Shown: positions 39,790 through 50,357 of the stretch, in pieces | Position numbering within the stretch: the stretch's first letter is position 1 | How the letters are laid out: every line of letters starts with the position of its first letter | Source of the DNA: an uncultured Methylomirabilota bacterium | GTDB taxonomy: Bacteria > Methylomirabilota > Methylomirabilia > Methylomirabilales > 2-02-FULL-66-22 | Length of the DNA stretch: 64,000 nt | NCBI GenBank assembly: GCA_963845565.1 | Contig: CAWJSJ010000005.1 | Coordinates: 320,001 to 384,000, forward strand | Direction: 5' to 3' | Position numbers and translations under genes: made by a program | The notes under the pieces: generated by a model | Told to the model about the DNA's origin: nothing | The model's input: only the letters and a program-made list of their open reading frames with translations | Databases searched by the model: none

Positions 39790-40590
39790 ATGACACCGGT
39801 GGAGCACAAGCGCGGCCGGATGGTCGCCCTCGGCGTGGCTTTGGTCCTGCTCTGCGCCGGGTGCAGCGGCCTGACGTCCCAGGCGTCGGAAAGGTTCACC
39901 CAGGCCCGTCAAGCCCAGGGGAGCTACCACGACGGGCTCGCCCGCTACGAGGCGCAGGACTATCGGGGTGCGATCCCGCACTTCGCGCGGGCGCTGGCGT
40001 ACGACCCCGCCTTCGACGACGCCGAGGCGCACCTGGCGTGGAGCTACTACTACGTCGGCCAGTACCCGGAAGCCACCCGTCATTTCCGGCAGGCCCTGGT
40101 GCGGCAGCCCCAGTGGAAGGGCTTGCACGCCGGGCTCGGGTGGAGCCGGTATCGGGTGGGCCGCTACCACCTCGCCATCGACGCCTTCCAAGCGGCCCTC
40201 GCCCTGGACCCCCGCGACCGCGAGGCCGCGGTGGGCCGGGCCTACGCCCTGTTCGAGTTGGGCCGGTATGCCGAGGCCCTGCCGTACCTGGCGCGTCTGA
40301 CGCGCGAGGGCGAGGGGAACGCCTTCCAGCGCCCCACCCCGGACCTGGACGAGGTGCGGAGCCGATTCGCGTGGGCGCTCTACTATGGTGGGCACTACGG
40401 CCAGGCGCGCGACGAATTCCTCAAGGGCCTCGCGGCCAGGCCGACCTGGTACGGCCTGCACAACGGCCTGGGCTGGACGCAACTCCAACTGGGGGAGCGC
40501 GCGAAGGCTCGGGCCAGCTTCCAGCGGGCCTTGCAGCTGAAGGCGGACTTGGCGGATGCCCGGCAGGGCTTAGCCCAGGCCACGCGGTAA
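39790..40590 (+). CDS. TPR-repeat lipoprotein
   Basis: LCAGC lipobox, multiple TPRs (LGW..Y..G.Y..A...F..AL..P). Confidence 0.85.
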   Translation: MTPVEHKRGRMVALGVALVLLCAGCSGLTSQASERFTQARQAQGSYHDGLARYEAQDYRGAIPHFARALAYDPAFDDAEAHLAWSYYYVGQYPEATRHFRQALVRQPQWKGLHAGLGWSRYRVGRYHLAIDAFQAALALDPRDREAAVGRAYALFELGRYAEALPYLARLTREGEGNAFQRPTPDLDEVRSRFAWALYYGGHYGQARDEFLKGLAARPTWYGLHNGLGWTQLQLGERAKARASFQRALQLKADLADARQGLAQATR

Positions 40591-40689
40591 CCGCTCGCCG
40601 GTCCGGACCCCGGCGTTCGGTGTGGGGGCGGTCCGCTCAGAACATACTCGGCAGGGTGAATCCCACACGAGCGTCGGGGGTGTCCTCGG

Positions 40690-40970
40690 CGCTCGGGTTG
40701 CAGGCGGCCCGGACGGAACGGCCGGACGTCGTCGTGCTCTACGTCCACCTGCCGGGGGTGTCCGGCTACGACGTCGCCCACCGGCTGAAGGCCGATCGGA
40801 TGACCGAGGCCATTCCCATCGTGGTGCTGACGGCCCAGGCCATGCCCGGGGAGGAGCTGCGGGCGCGGGCAGCCGGCTGTGATGCGTTCTTGACGAAGCC
40901 GGTCGATGCCACCCTTCTGCGACAGATCGTGCGGCGTTTGCTGGCCGGCCGCCGTAACGTCGTGCCATGA
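40690..40970 (+). pseudogene. Truncated DivK-like response regulator remnant
   Basis: PDVVVLYVHLPGVSGY...IPIVVLTA.AM...GCDAFLTKP; no N-terminal acidic pocket, and the phosphoacceptor Asp codon reads TAC. Confidence 0.7.
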
Positions 40971-41437
40971 CCGACCCCAGTCTGATCGCCGATGATGACC
41001 TCACCCACCGCGACCGGCTCGTCGGAATCCGCCGGGTACCGTACCCGGCAGGCCACACCGATGGGCCGGCCGGTGTGGTCCACAAACACGTCATCGTGAT
41101 TTGCTGGTGATGGGCCATTTGCCGTCCGACCCTACAGAGGGTAGGGCAATTATCCGCCGTCGAGCCGTCGGAGAGGTGATCCACGTTCCAGCATGCCCCC
41201 CCGGCACCACCCTTGGTGCAATCGCGGCCGTATCTGAGGTCTCTCCTGCCATATCCTACCGATGCGTTTGAGCCCACCTGGGCGGTGTCATGGTGGGAGC
41301 GCGACCCGTAGATGCGAACGTCCGAGTGCAGAGAGATGGCGATGACAGTCCAGCAGGCCACCGCAGAGGTCTTTCTGACCGCGTTCAAGGCGCTGCCGCG
41401 GCGGGGGGCACCGCCCGGCACCGCTGTCGGGCGCCGC

Positions 41438-42532
41438 CTACTTCCTGACGACGTACCAGTTGTTCTGGATGTCGTGCGCGAGATGGTGGGTGTCAACGGT
41501 GCGGAAGCCCGCCTTCTGAAGGTACTCGCGCGTTTTTTCTTCGCCCCACATGGCGCCCAGCCCCTCCCCGCCCTGGGCCAGCGACACCGTCATGCAATGC
41601 ATGGTCGAAATCGCATAGAGGAAGGTGCCGATCGGGTGGTCGAGGTTGTTGTGGACGTGGCTCGATCCCCGGATGTCTTGCATCAGGTACACCCCATCCG
41701 CCTTGAGTGCGCGGTGGATTCCGCGGAGCACGTTGAGCGGCTTGGCCTGATCGTGAATCGCATCGAACGTCGTGATGAGGTCATAGGCGTTGGGCTCGGC
41801 CGTCTCATCGAAATCGCTCAGGTCGCGGGCGAGAAACTCGCCATTCGCCAGGCCCTTCTGCGCCGCCTCTTGCCGTGCCGCTCCGATCGCTTCGGATGAC
41901 AAATCCATTCCGACAAATCGGCTGCCTGGAAACAGTTCGGCCAGGCGATTCACAATTCGGCCGCCCCCGCACCCCACATCCAGCACGCGGATGCCGCGGG
42001 TGAGTCGGTCGGTCAACCCCGGGACCAGGGGCAGGATATGGGATTCCAGCGACGACAAGACCGACTGCCCGCTGTCCTCCGCCATGACCGCATGGAATCG
42101 CCGGAACTTCTCATAGGGGACGCCGCCGCCCTTCGTGAAGCACTCGACGATCTCATCCTCGACCGCGCCCAGCACGGCGATGTACTGCGTAAAGACGGCG
42201 ATGTTGTCCGCGGCGGCAACGCGCGTCAGGAAGGCGGCGTGCTCGGGTGGGAGAACGTACCGGGTGCTGCTCGGTTCAAGGTGGACGACCCCGGCCGTGG
42301 CCATCGCCCCCAGCCATTCGCGGACATACCGTTCGTTCAGTCCGGCCTTCGTCGCAATCTCGCCCGAGGTCGACGGTGGCAGCCCGCGCATCACATCGAA
42401 GATGCCGGTACGGTGGCCGACCGAGACCATCAGGCAGAGCGCGCCGTAATTGAGAGCGTTCAGCAGTTCGCCAGAGAAGGCCTCGGCCTTTGTCGAATCG
42501 AACCGGGTCTGTTCCAGGGTTGTCGTCGTCAT
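41438..42532 (-). CDS. Class I SAM-dependent methyltransferase with N-terminal winged helix (Rv2258c-like)
   Basis: GLNERYVREWL, VLDVGCGGG, FDAIHD, GLGAMWG. Confidence 0.9.
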   Translation of the reverse strand: MTTTTLEQTRFDSTKAEAFSGELLNALNYGALCLMVSVGHRTGIFDVMRGLPPSTSGEIATKAGLNERYVREWLGAMATAGVVHLEPSSTRYVLPPEHAAFLTRVAAADNIAVFTQYIAVLGAVEDEIVECFTKGGGVPYEKFRRFHAVMAEDSGQSVLSSLESHILPLVPGLTDRLTRGIRVLDVGCGGGRIVNRLAELFPGSRFVGMDLSSEAIGAARQEAAQKGLANGEFLARDLSDFDETAEPNAYDLITTFDAIHDQAKPLNVLRGIHRALKADGVYLMQDIRGSSHVHNNLDHPIGTFLYAISTMHCMTVSLAQGGEGLGAMWGEEKTREYLQKAGFRTVDTHHLAHDIQNNWYVVRK

Positions 42533-42678
42533 GTTGCCCTCCTCCCTTTTCGATACTCTCCGTACCGCCCACCCGACGAGCTGCGGGCAGGCCCCTCGGG
42601 TGTCGGCGCGGACGGGCATTCGATCTGGCGACCAACCGCCTCCCGTCGCCATCAACGGCCCAGGACGGCAAGATGCCC

Positions 42679-44061
42679 TCATGGTTTGATGTTCTGGTTC
42701 AGATGGAACACGTTGTCCGGGTCGTGCCGCTTCTTGATGTCCGCCAGCCGCGCGTAGTTTGCACCATAGGCCGCCGTGACCCGGCCGGATTCATCCTCGG
42801 TCATGAAGTTCACATAGGTACCGCCCGATGCGTGCGGTGCAGTGGCATCGAAAAACGCCCGCGCCCACCCAATGCACGTCGCATCCTGCGTGGCATCGTT
42901 CCATCGCCCGTGCACGTTCATCACGAACCGTGCATCCCGGTGGCCGTACGCCATGGCGTCCGCCGGGATGCGATTCGCTGCGCCAGCGATGTGCGCGATA
43001 AAGATCTCGCACTGGGGCGAGGGAAGTTTCCGTGCAAACTCGATCATCGTGTCCAGGCTCTCATCGCGGAGTTCTCGGAAGTTGTGCGATTTCCAATAGT
43101 TCCTGGCGCCGGGCGTCAGCAGAGGGTCGAAGGCCTTCTGCCATTGCACGTATGGCTGCACGCCGATATGTTCGCCGTGCGCCTTGCCGAAGCGACGCAG
43201 GGGCGCGATCAGCTTCTCTCCTTCTCCGATATCCCCACCGTAAAAGACGGCCAACACCACAATTTCCTTGCCGTGCACCTCCTTGGGAAGAAAGGGCAAC
43301 GGCGGAGCCTGGCGAAGCACGCCCCACACGCTGAGCTCTTCGGGCGCCGATGCCACGAATTCGCGGTACTGCCTCAGCACCTGTTTGGCTTGTTCCAACG
43401 GAAAAACGATCAACCCGGCCAAGATCTGAGGTCCGACGGGATGAAGCGTGAATTCGAACTGGGTAACGACCCCGAAGTTGCCGCCGCCGCCTCGAAGTGC
43501 CCAGAACAAGTCGGCGTTCTCGCTCTCGCTCGCCCGGACTTTCTTGCCGTTCGCCGTGACCAACTCCACCGAGGCCAGGTTGTCGACGGTCATCCCGTAC
43601 TTGCGTGTCAGCCAGCCGAACCCGCCGCCCAGCGTCAGACCTGCAATGCCCGTCGTGGAATTGATTCCCACTGGCGTGGCCAGCCCGTGCGCCTGGATCG
43701 CTTCGTCGACCTCGGCCAAGGTGGCGCCGGGTTCCACATAGGCGCGCTTCTTCGCGGCGTCGACGCGGACGCTCTTCATGGGTGAAAGGTCGATCATCAT
43801 GCCGCCTTCGCACACGGCGTTGCCGGCGATGTTGTGCCCTGCGCCGCGGACGGAAATCTCGAGCCCGTTCTGACGGGCGCACTGGATGGCATGCGGAACG
43901 TCATCCGGTCCTTTGCACTGCACGATGACAGCCGGTCGGCGGTTGATCATCGCATTCCATACCTTTCGGACTTCGTCATAATTTGGATCGCCGGGGAGAA
44001 CGATCTGGCCCTTCACGTGGCGCTTCAGTTCCTCGATTGCGCGGTTGTTCAACGTTGCCAT
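42679..44061 (-). CDS. FAD-linked oxidase (VAO/berberine-bridge family)
   Basis: RGAGHN (covalent-FAD His), GLTLGGG, WALRGGGGNFGVVT, YVNF, DPDNVF. Confidence 0.92.
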   Translation of the reverse strand: MATLNNRAIEELKRHVKGQIVLPGDPNYDEVRKVWNAMINRRPAVIVQCKGPDDVPHAIQCARQNGLEISVRGAGHNIAGNAVCEGGMMIDLSPMKSVRVDAAKKRAYVEPGATLAEVDEAIQAHGLATPVGINSTTGIAGLTLGGGFGWLTRKYGMTVDNLASVELVTANGKKVRASESENADLFWALRGGGGNFGVVTQFEFTLHPVGPQILAGLIVFPLEQAKQVLRQYREFVASAPEELSVWGVLRQAPPLPFLPKEVHGKEIVVLAVFYGGDIGEGEKLIAPLRRFGKAHGEHIGVQPYVQWQKAFDPLLTPGARNYWKSHNFRELRDESLDTMIEFARKLPSPQCEIFIAHIAGAANRIPADAMAYGHRDARFVMNVHGRWNDATQDATCIGWARAFFDATAPHASGGTYVNFMTEDESGRVTAAYGANYARLADIKKRHDPDNVFHLNQNIKP

Positions 44062-44219
44062 TGGTACCCCCTTTCTCTACTTCCCAGTCGGGCGCGCTTG
44101 CGCCCGCACCTGCTTCTGGCAGAGACGGGTCAAACGGAACCGCAGTACCTCGCCACCGTCCACCGACCGCACATTGCGTTTTGCGGCGACGGCGGAGGGT
44201 CGCCGTTGTCTGACCTTGG

Positions 44220-45131
44220 TCAATCCCGTGGCAATCCCACCCCGACAACGAGGTGGGCCCGACCCAGCGTCGAGACCGGGGACAAATCCCCATGGCGCCT
44301 TTTCTCTCCGCCTCGCAGGGCAAGCCCCACACCGCCGAGAATCAGGACCGCTGCCAGAATCAGGCGCGTGGAGATCTCTTCCGAAAGGAACGCCACACCT
44401 CCGCCGGCCGCCAAGACGGGCACGGAGAGCTGAACCACCGCCGCTCGTGCGGCCGAGAGTCCGCGCAACGCGGCGTACCACAGGGCGTAGCCGACCCCTG
44501 ACGTCAGAGCGCCAGACACGACGGCAAGGAGCACACCCTCGGCGGATATACTGGAATGCCGGAGCGCGAGCAGGCCGAGCCCTGCCGCCAAGGGCAGCGT
44601 ACGAACGAAGTTCCCGGCGGTGTCGGCCAGCGGGTCGGCCACGCCGCGGCCCCGTAGGGAATACGCACCCCAGGCGCCACCCGCGGCGGCCATCAGAAGC
44701 GCTCCCGTCAGGGAGGGCGCCGCTAGCCCCGGCGAGGCCAGGTATCCCAGGCCGCCGAGCGCCATCAGCATCCCCGCCGACTCCCGAACGTCCGGTCGGG
44801 CGCCGGCCCAAACTGCCGTGAGGATCATCGTCGCCTGGACACTTCCGAACAGGATCAGCGCACCGGTCCCCGCGCTCACGTCAAGGTAGGCAAACGAGAA
44901 GGCCACGGCATAAAGAAACAGCCATCCCGCCGAGACCCAACTCCCGCTTGGCCGTACTCTCCCGCCCTCGCGGACCGCCAGGATCAGCAGCAATGCGGCA
45001 GCACCCGACGCCAACCGGATGGCCGAGAAGCTGCCGGCATCGATCACGGTCCCGCCCAGCGCCATGCGGCAGAGTACGGAGTTCGCCGCGAAGGCCGCAA
45101 GGGCCAGTCCTGTGCAATTGCCCGTCCGCAT
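44220..45131 (-). CDS. DMT/EamA family transporter
   Basis: AFAANSVLCR, GTGALILFG, SGVGYALWY, multiple TM helices. Confidence 0.88.
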   Translation of the reverse strand: MRTGNCTGLALAAFAANSVLCRMALGGTVIDAGSFSAIRLASGAAALLLILAVREGGRVRPSGSWVSAGWLFLYAVAFSFAYLDVSAGTGALILFGSVQATMILTAVWAGARPDVRESAGMLMALGGLGYLASPGLAAPSLTGALLMAAAGGAWGAYSLRGRGVADPLADTAGNFVRTLPLAAGLGLLALRHSSISAEGVLLAVVSGALTSGVGYALWYAALRGLSAARAAVVQLSVPVLAAGGGVAFLSEEISTRLILAAVLILGGVGLALRGGEKRRHGDLSPVSTLGRAHLVVGVGLPRD

Positions 45132-45237
45132 CGGATTCCTTTTCCAGAGGCCGGCAGTCGTCCCATGGGAGAAACGAGCCTCGGACCTCCCTCTCGACCG
45201 CGGAAACGCTCGTAGCGGCGTTTTCGTTGCCCCGGCC

Positions 45238-45960
45238 TCAGATAAAGGGGGTCAACACGCCGGCGAAAATCAATGTCCCCGCCCAGACCAGGTCGAGGTT
45301 GAACCAGAGGGTTCGGAGCAGGCGCAACCCGAGCTTCTCGTAGACGAGAACGGCTATCAGTCCCATGACGACGAGGTATCCGACTGTGTGAGCGAGCGTC
45401 GCCGCGAGACCTGCAAGCTGGCCGTCCGGTAGAACGGAGACCAGCATCATGGAGTGCCCCCCGTGATCTATGTGTCCGACGGACGCGACGGCGGTGCTGG
45501 CATGAGCGATGCCGTGCGGCGATGCCGTGGATCCGGCGGCCGAGGGACCAGCAGTCATCCCCAGGACCAGCGGCAGGACCATCAACCCTGCTCCGTGAGC
45601 CGAGGCCATCAGAAATGACCACAGGGCGAGTTCCTTAGGCTTGACACGCATTCCACCGTAGCGAGGATGCCTACTCCGGACGAGCCGGTAAACGCCGAGT
45701 CCCGCCAGGACGGCGGCAACCACCCATTTCAGCGCGCCAAGCGGAAGGATAGACCCGGCCAGCATGGCCAGGAGGACCACTGCCCCAATGGCCAGGCCGT
45801 GCCCCAGGGCCAGGGGCCAGAGGGCGCGCCGGACGGCCGAGCCCTTTTGCTCCTGGAGCCCCAGGGCGACGGCGAAGAGCCATCCCATCCCGGGATTGAC
45901 CCCGTGCCAGGCCCCGAGCAGGAACAACCCGATCCAGGACCAAAACATCCCGTCGTCCAT
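45238..45960 (-). CDS. His-containing membrane protein coupled to the SBP56 gene
   Basis: GAWHGVNPGMGWL, GH, SAHGAG, His-rich loop; starts 8 nt after the SBP56 stop. Confidence 0.8.
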   Translation of the reverse strand: MDDGMFWSWIGLFLLGAWHGVNPGMGWLFAVALGLQEQKGSAVRRALWPLALGHGLAIGAVVLLAMLAGSILPLGALKWVVAAVLAGLGVYRLVRSRHPRYGGMRVKPKELALWSFLMASAHGAGLMVLPLVLGMTAGPSAAGSTASPHGIAHASTAVASVGHIDHGGHSMMLVSVLPDGQLAGLAATLAHTVGYLVVMGLIAVLVYEKLGLRLLRTLWFNLDLVWAGTLIFAGVLTPFI

Positions 45961-45968
45961 GACCCACC

Positions 45969-47375
45969 TCACGAGTAGCAGAAGGAATCGGACGAGCAGT
46001 CTCCGCCCTGGAGGCGAACCTGGTGGGCCCGCATCCCCGGGTCGCATCGGAGCATGAAGTTGCGATCGAGGGCGATGCCGCCCTCGGGATTGACATCCGC
46101 CTTCACCATCCAGCCCTCGATGCCGTCCGGATAGAACTGCTCGTCCACCGGGGAATAGAGGCCGTTGGTGAAGTAGAGCCGCCGCCCGTCGCGGCTCAAT
46201 TCCACCATCTGCGGGCCGCCGTTCAACGGGCGGCTCGCGTCGGCCGGGTGCGGCGTTCGCTTCACGATGCCGCCGATGCGGACGGAGCCGTTCAGTTTCG
46301 GGCGGAACGGATCGGACACGTCATACTGGCGAAGCTCGCCCGTTCCCCAGCACGAGACATAGAGGAACCGGTCGTCGAGGGAGAGGACGATGTCGCTGAC
46401 CAGCGGCGGAACGGCCTTGAAGGCCTTCAGCATGGGAGGCAGGTCCTCCTCGCTGGCGGGCTCGGGCGGAATGTCGATGACCTTGGTGATCTTCCAGTCG
46501 CCGCTTCCGTTTTTCCGATCCATGTGCCAGAGCCAGATGGAGGCGGTAAGATCTGTCAGAGAGATCACGCAGCTCACGAAGCCGTACGCCTTTCGCGGGT
46601 CATGAGCGGGCCGCAGCTCGAAGGGCATCTGGTACTGCGCCCCCAGGTCGAGGACCTGCTTGTGGGTCCGCTTGCGAAGATCCCACACGTGGAGCGCATG
46701 GCCATACCTGCCGTTGAGTAGGAGCTCGGGTTGCAATCCGGTCCGTACCATGTTCGGGGTGCCCCACTCGCTGGTGATCAGCGTGTCGTACCCCAGATGC
46801 CACCAGAAGTCGTATGAGAGGCGCTGCGGCCCGCGGTCTTTCTCCCAGGCGCCCTTCACGTCGAAGGTGTTGTGGTCCAGGATGAAAATGCCGCCGGGTC
46901 CATCGCCGGCTGCGTTACCCAGGGCGCTGACGTATATCGCATCCTCTCCGCAGTGGACCGTGTGGGGCGCGGCATAGCCGGTTTTCCTCGCGATGGTCTC
47001 GGCATCGATGACCTTCACCACCTGCGGACGCCGCGGATCGGGTTTGGTGTCGAGGATGTTGATGCGAGAAGAGTTGATGCCCGGCACGACTAGGTAGCGA
47101 CGCTCGACGTGGGGGTGGGGGGCGTAAGGGCAAAGGTGCGAGCTGCAGGCATTCCAGCCGAAGTGGTGGAGCTCGTCGCCCGCCTGCGGCATGTCCGTGC
47201 CCCCCACCAATTGCCCATAGCTCTTGGACCCAGCTGTCGTATCCACGACGCCGATGGCATCGGGCCGTTTCCCCGTCGGATCGAGGAGGGCCACATACGC
47301 CAGCTCCTCGGAGGGCGCCCCCATCGCATGCCGGGGGGAAGGGTAGAAGGTCGGATCGGGTCGAAGTGTCACCAT
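45969..47375 (-). CDS. Selenium-binding protein SBP56 / methanethiol oxidase homologue (no signal peptide)
   Basis: DELHHFGWNACSS, PHTVHC, YDFWW, SEWG, GGPQMVELSRDG, GGDCSSD. Confidence 0.92.
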   Translation of the reverse strand: MVTLRPDPTFYPSPRHAMGAPSEELAYVALLDPTGKRPDAIGVVDTTAGSKSYGQLVGGTDMPQAGDELHHFGWNACSSHLCPYAPHPHVERRYLVVPGINSSRINILDTKPDPRRPQVVKVIDAETIARKTGYAAPHTVHCGEDAIYVSALGNAAGDGPGGIFILDHNTFDVKGAWEKDRGPQRLSYDFWWHLGYDTLITSEWGTPNMVRTGLQPELLLNGRYGHALHVWDLRKRTHKQVLDLGAQYQMPFELRPAHDPRKAYGFVSCVISLTDLTASIWLWHMDRKNGSGDWKITKVIDIPPEPASEEDLPPMLKAFKAVPPLVSDIVLSLDDRFLYVSCWGTGELRQYDVSDPFRPKLNGSVRIGGIVKRTPHPADASRPLNGGPQMVELSRDGRRLYFTNGLYSPVDEQFYPDGIEGWMVKADVNPEGGIALDRNFMLRCDPGMRAHQVRLQGGDCSSDSFCYS

Positions 47376-47496
47376 CGCAGAGCCTCCTCTCGTCTGCCGG
47401 TCTCGATTCGAATCCTAGGCGGGTCATTCGCGACGCGGAATCGGTTCGCGTCACGCCCGGGCCTCCAGTAGCTCCGTCTGACGCATCGGGACAGAG

Positions 47497-47512
47497 AGCA
47501 GGCGGCGTGCCA
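47497..47512 (-). promoter_or_regulatory. Sigma54 -24/-12 promoter of the SBP56 operon
   Basis: TGGCACGCCGCCTGCT, near-consensus, adjacent to an enhancer-binding-protein gene. Confidence 0.75.
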
Positions 47513-47580
47513 GCGGAGAATTGGAGGGACTCCTCCAGGAAAAACAATGCATTACGAATCGGCGAAGGTGAGCAGGTTCC

Positions 47581-47634
47581 CGCGAGATGTCGCGCCGCCA
47601 CGAGATCTCACGGTGGAAACCGCGAAAACTCGCG
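47581..47634. promoter_or_regulatory. Three palindromic candidate upstream activator sites
   Basis: CGCGAgatgTCGCG (47581), CACGAgatcTCACG (47599), CGCGAaaacTCGCG (47621). Confidence 0.6.
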
Positions 47635-47681
47635 ACTGGCCGTCGGCCCGACGCGACTGCGACAGAGGGCGACGAGAAGAA

Positions 47682-49625
47682 TCAGGTGTGTCCGTTACGG
47701 GTCATGCCGAGCGCTTTCAGCCGCGACCGCAAGGTCGAGGGGTTCATGCCGAGCAATCGAGCGGCGCCGCTTGCACCCTCCATACGCCACCCGGTTGCCT
47801 CCAGCGCGAGCAGCAGATTCCGTCGTTCCGCTTCTTTCAACTCGGCCTCGGTTTGAATGTGGACGGCGGCACCACGCGCCGCCTCCGGTTCGGGCGCGGG
47901 GACACTCTCCGCGGTCCGCGGCAGCGCGCGGTCGAGATTCAGCTGCCCGTCGCGCGCAGTGATGACGGCGCGCTCGATGACACTCTGGAGCTCGCGGACG
48001 TTTCCAGGCCAGTTATACGCCATCAGGCGCTGGAGACACTCCGGGGACAGCGGCTCGATCTGACGCCCCAGCTTGCACGCGGACCGCTTGGCGAACACGC
48101 AAGCCAACAGGGCGATGTCCTCGCCGCGATTTCGGAGCGGCGGGACGTGAATTGGAAAGACGTTGAGTCGGTAGTAGAGATCCTCTCGGAACTCGCCGGA
48201 CCGGACCCCCTGCAAGAGATCCCGGTTCGTCGCCGCCAGCACGCGGACGTCCACCTTCCGGGTACGCATGGCCCCGATGGGCTCGAACTCTTTCTCCTGC
48301 AAGACCCGAAGCAATTTGCCCTGCAGGTCCAGCGGCAGTTCGCCGACCTCGTCCAGGAAGATCGTCCCACCGTCCGCCAGCGCGAAACGCCCATGCCGAC
48401 TCTTCGCCGCTCCCGTGAAGGCCCCTTTCTCGTGGCCGAAGAGTTCGCTCTCCATCAGCGTCGCCGGTATCGCGGCGCAGTTGATCTTAATGAAGGGGCG
48501 GTCGCGCCGCGGGCTGGCGGCGTGTATGGCCCGGGCGACAAGCTCTTTCCCGGTGCCCGTTTCGCCGAGAATGAGGACCGTGGTATCGGCTGGGGCGACC
48601 TGATCGACGTCCCGCATGGTGCGCAGCAACGGCTCGCTGTGGCCGACGATGTCGTCGGTGTTGTGAAGGGTCTTGATTTCTTCCCGGAGGTACTCCGCTT
48701 CGGCCGACAAGGACCGGATCCGACGCTCCGCTTCCAAACGGTCGTCCACGTCGCGAAGGATCAGCGCATGGAAGGTGGCACGCTTCGTGGCGAACCGGGA
48801 CAGCGTCACTTCAGCGTGGAACGGCGTGCCGTCGAGGCGTTTCGCGTGGAGTCCTCCCGGAATCCACAAGCATTTGAGGCCTTCCGGGCGGCCATCCAAC
48901 TCGTGGATGGCCTGAGCGAGCTTGCGCTCGCTCCCGGGCATCAGGAATCGTCCGAGGTCTGCTCCGCCGGGTCCGCGGCCGGTGCACCCGAAGATACGCC
49001 CGGCGGCGGGATTGGCTCGGGTCACCCGGCAGTCCTCGTTGATCTCGATGACCGCGTCCATCGCGCTGTCGACGAGCCGGGAGAGCTTTTCGTCGCGCTC
49101 CCGCACTTCGGCCTCGGCCCGAAGTCTGCCGAGTTCCGCGGCCGCGCGGTCAGCGAAGATCCGAAACACGGCCAGCGCGCGCGGCTCGGCAGGCATCGGC
49201 CGTGTATCCAAGACCGCCAGGTTCCCGAGAATGCGGCGATCGGCGTCGAGCAACGGTACGCCCATGTAGCTCACGGCACCCAAACGCCTCAGCTCGGGAT
49301 CGTTCGGGTAAAGCGCGACGACGTTGTCCGGGTAGTGGACCAGCCCGACAGTTTCGATGACCGTCTCGCACGGTGTCCCATCGACGGCCATCTCCCAGCC
49401 CTCTATCCACTCTCCGCCCAGACGGAACGCGAGGGCTCGGAGCGTCCGAGTCGCCGAAAGATACTCGGTGACCCACGCCCCATGTGTCCCAAGCGCCCTG
49501 GCGAGACTCTCCACCAGTGCGGTGAAGAAGCGCTCGCCGGTCTCGGTCGCCGTGCCCTCAAGGATCGTGCGGAGCGCCGTGTCCTCGTCAAGAGCTTGCA
49601 GCGGATGCGACATAAGCTCTGGCAT
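47682..49625 (-). CDS. Sigma54 enhancer-binding protein (GAF-PAS-AAA+-HTH, FhlA-like)
   Basis: [37 protein letters not shown], Fis-type HTH. Confidence 0.93.
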   Translation of the reverse strand: MPELMSHPLQALDEDTALRTILEGTATETGERFFTALVESLARALGTHGAWVTEYLSATRTLRALAFRLGGEWIEGWEMAVDGTPCETVIETVGLVHYPDNVVALYPNDPELRRLGAVSYMGVPLLDADRRILGNLAVLDTRPMPAEPRALAVFRIFADRAAAELGRLRAEAEVRERDEKLSRLVDSAMDAVIEINEDCRVTRANPAAGRIFGCTGRGPGGADLGRFLMPGSERKLAQAIHELDGRPEGLKCLWIPGGLHAKRLDGTPFHAEVTLSRFATKRATFHALILRDVDDRLEAERRIRSLSAEAEYLREEIKTLHNTDDIVGHSEPLLRTMRDVDQVAPADTTVLILGETGTGKELVARAIHAASPRRDRPFIKINCAAIPATLMESELFGHEKGAFTGAAKSRHGRFALADGGTIFLDEVGELPLDLQGKLLRVLQEKEFEPIGAMRTRKVDVRVLAATNRDLLQGVRSGEFREDLYYRLNVFPIHVPPLRNRGEDIALLACVFAKRSACKLGRQIEPLSPECLQRLMAYNWPGNVRELQSVIERAVITARDGQLNLDRALPRTAESVPAPEPEAARGAAVHIQTEAELKEAERRNLLLALEATGWRMEGASGAARLLGMNPSTLRSRLKALGMTRNGHT

Positions 49626-49959
49626 GGTATCAGACCCCAGAAAGGAGTTACCTGGCAATCGCGGGTCATGTCTGTTTGCAGAAGCGAGTGAATTAGACGC
49701 CACCTATCCTTCAGCGTTTTTCCTTCGGCACGTGTCCACGCCAGGGGTGCGGTCTAAATCGGATCAGGAGGGGGAACCGCGCTGCGGTTGCGAACAGGGA
49801 ATGGAGAACGTCAGAAGACGCCGCGCCCCAACAGGCGGAAGGACGCGCGCGTACATTGCTTGCGGCTACCGGGTTCCACCACGGCAGAGGCTCGGCGCGT
49901 CCAGAATGTAACGTGGAAACCGCTGTAACCCACGGAAATCGCTCCGTCTCTAGTTCAAG

Positions 49960-50002
49960 ACTATTATACTATGATTTATAATCTGTTAGCCGGGGATGTC
50001 AA
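49960..50002 (-). promoter_or_regulatory. AT-rich sigma70-like promoter/operator facing the enhancer-binding-protein gene
   Basis: TTGACA followed by a TTATA-N8-TATAA palindrome. Confidence 0.4.
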
Positions 50003-50357
50003 GAGGAACCTGCGGAGGGGGGTGGGGAGATCGCTGGTTCGATGAACAGGACCCGCCCCCGGTTCCCTGAATAGATGAACGTGTGCACGCCACCATAGCC
50101 CACTGCCCGCTGAACCGCACAAACAGAAGCTTGTGTTTCCACGGAATTACACCGTGTGTTCCGGGCTCCCGGCACCAATCGCCATTGAACCCGCCATCGC
50201 CGTTCTTGGAACTCACAACGTTTTCAATTCTACTTGCCGGACGCATGAAGGCCGACCGGCCGTTAACCGCTTGACCCTTGACGGAACCCACGCGTATGCT
50301 ATGCGCCATCCCTTGGCATTTTTGGAGTTCCGGACATACGACCAGCAGGAGAGACGC

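Noticed and set aside
47547..49691. 714-aa plus-strand ORF
   Set aside because: Antisense to the clearly identifiable sigma54 activator
49950..49990. AT-rich patch as a dif/Xer site
   Set aside because: Lacks the TTATGTTAAAT XerD arm; better explained as a promoter/operator
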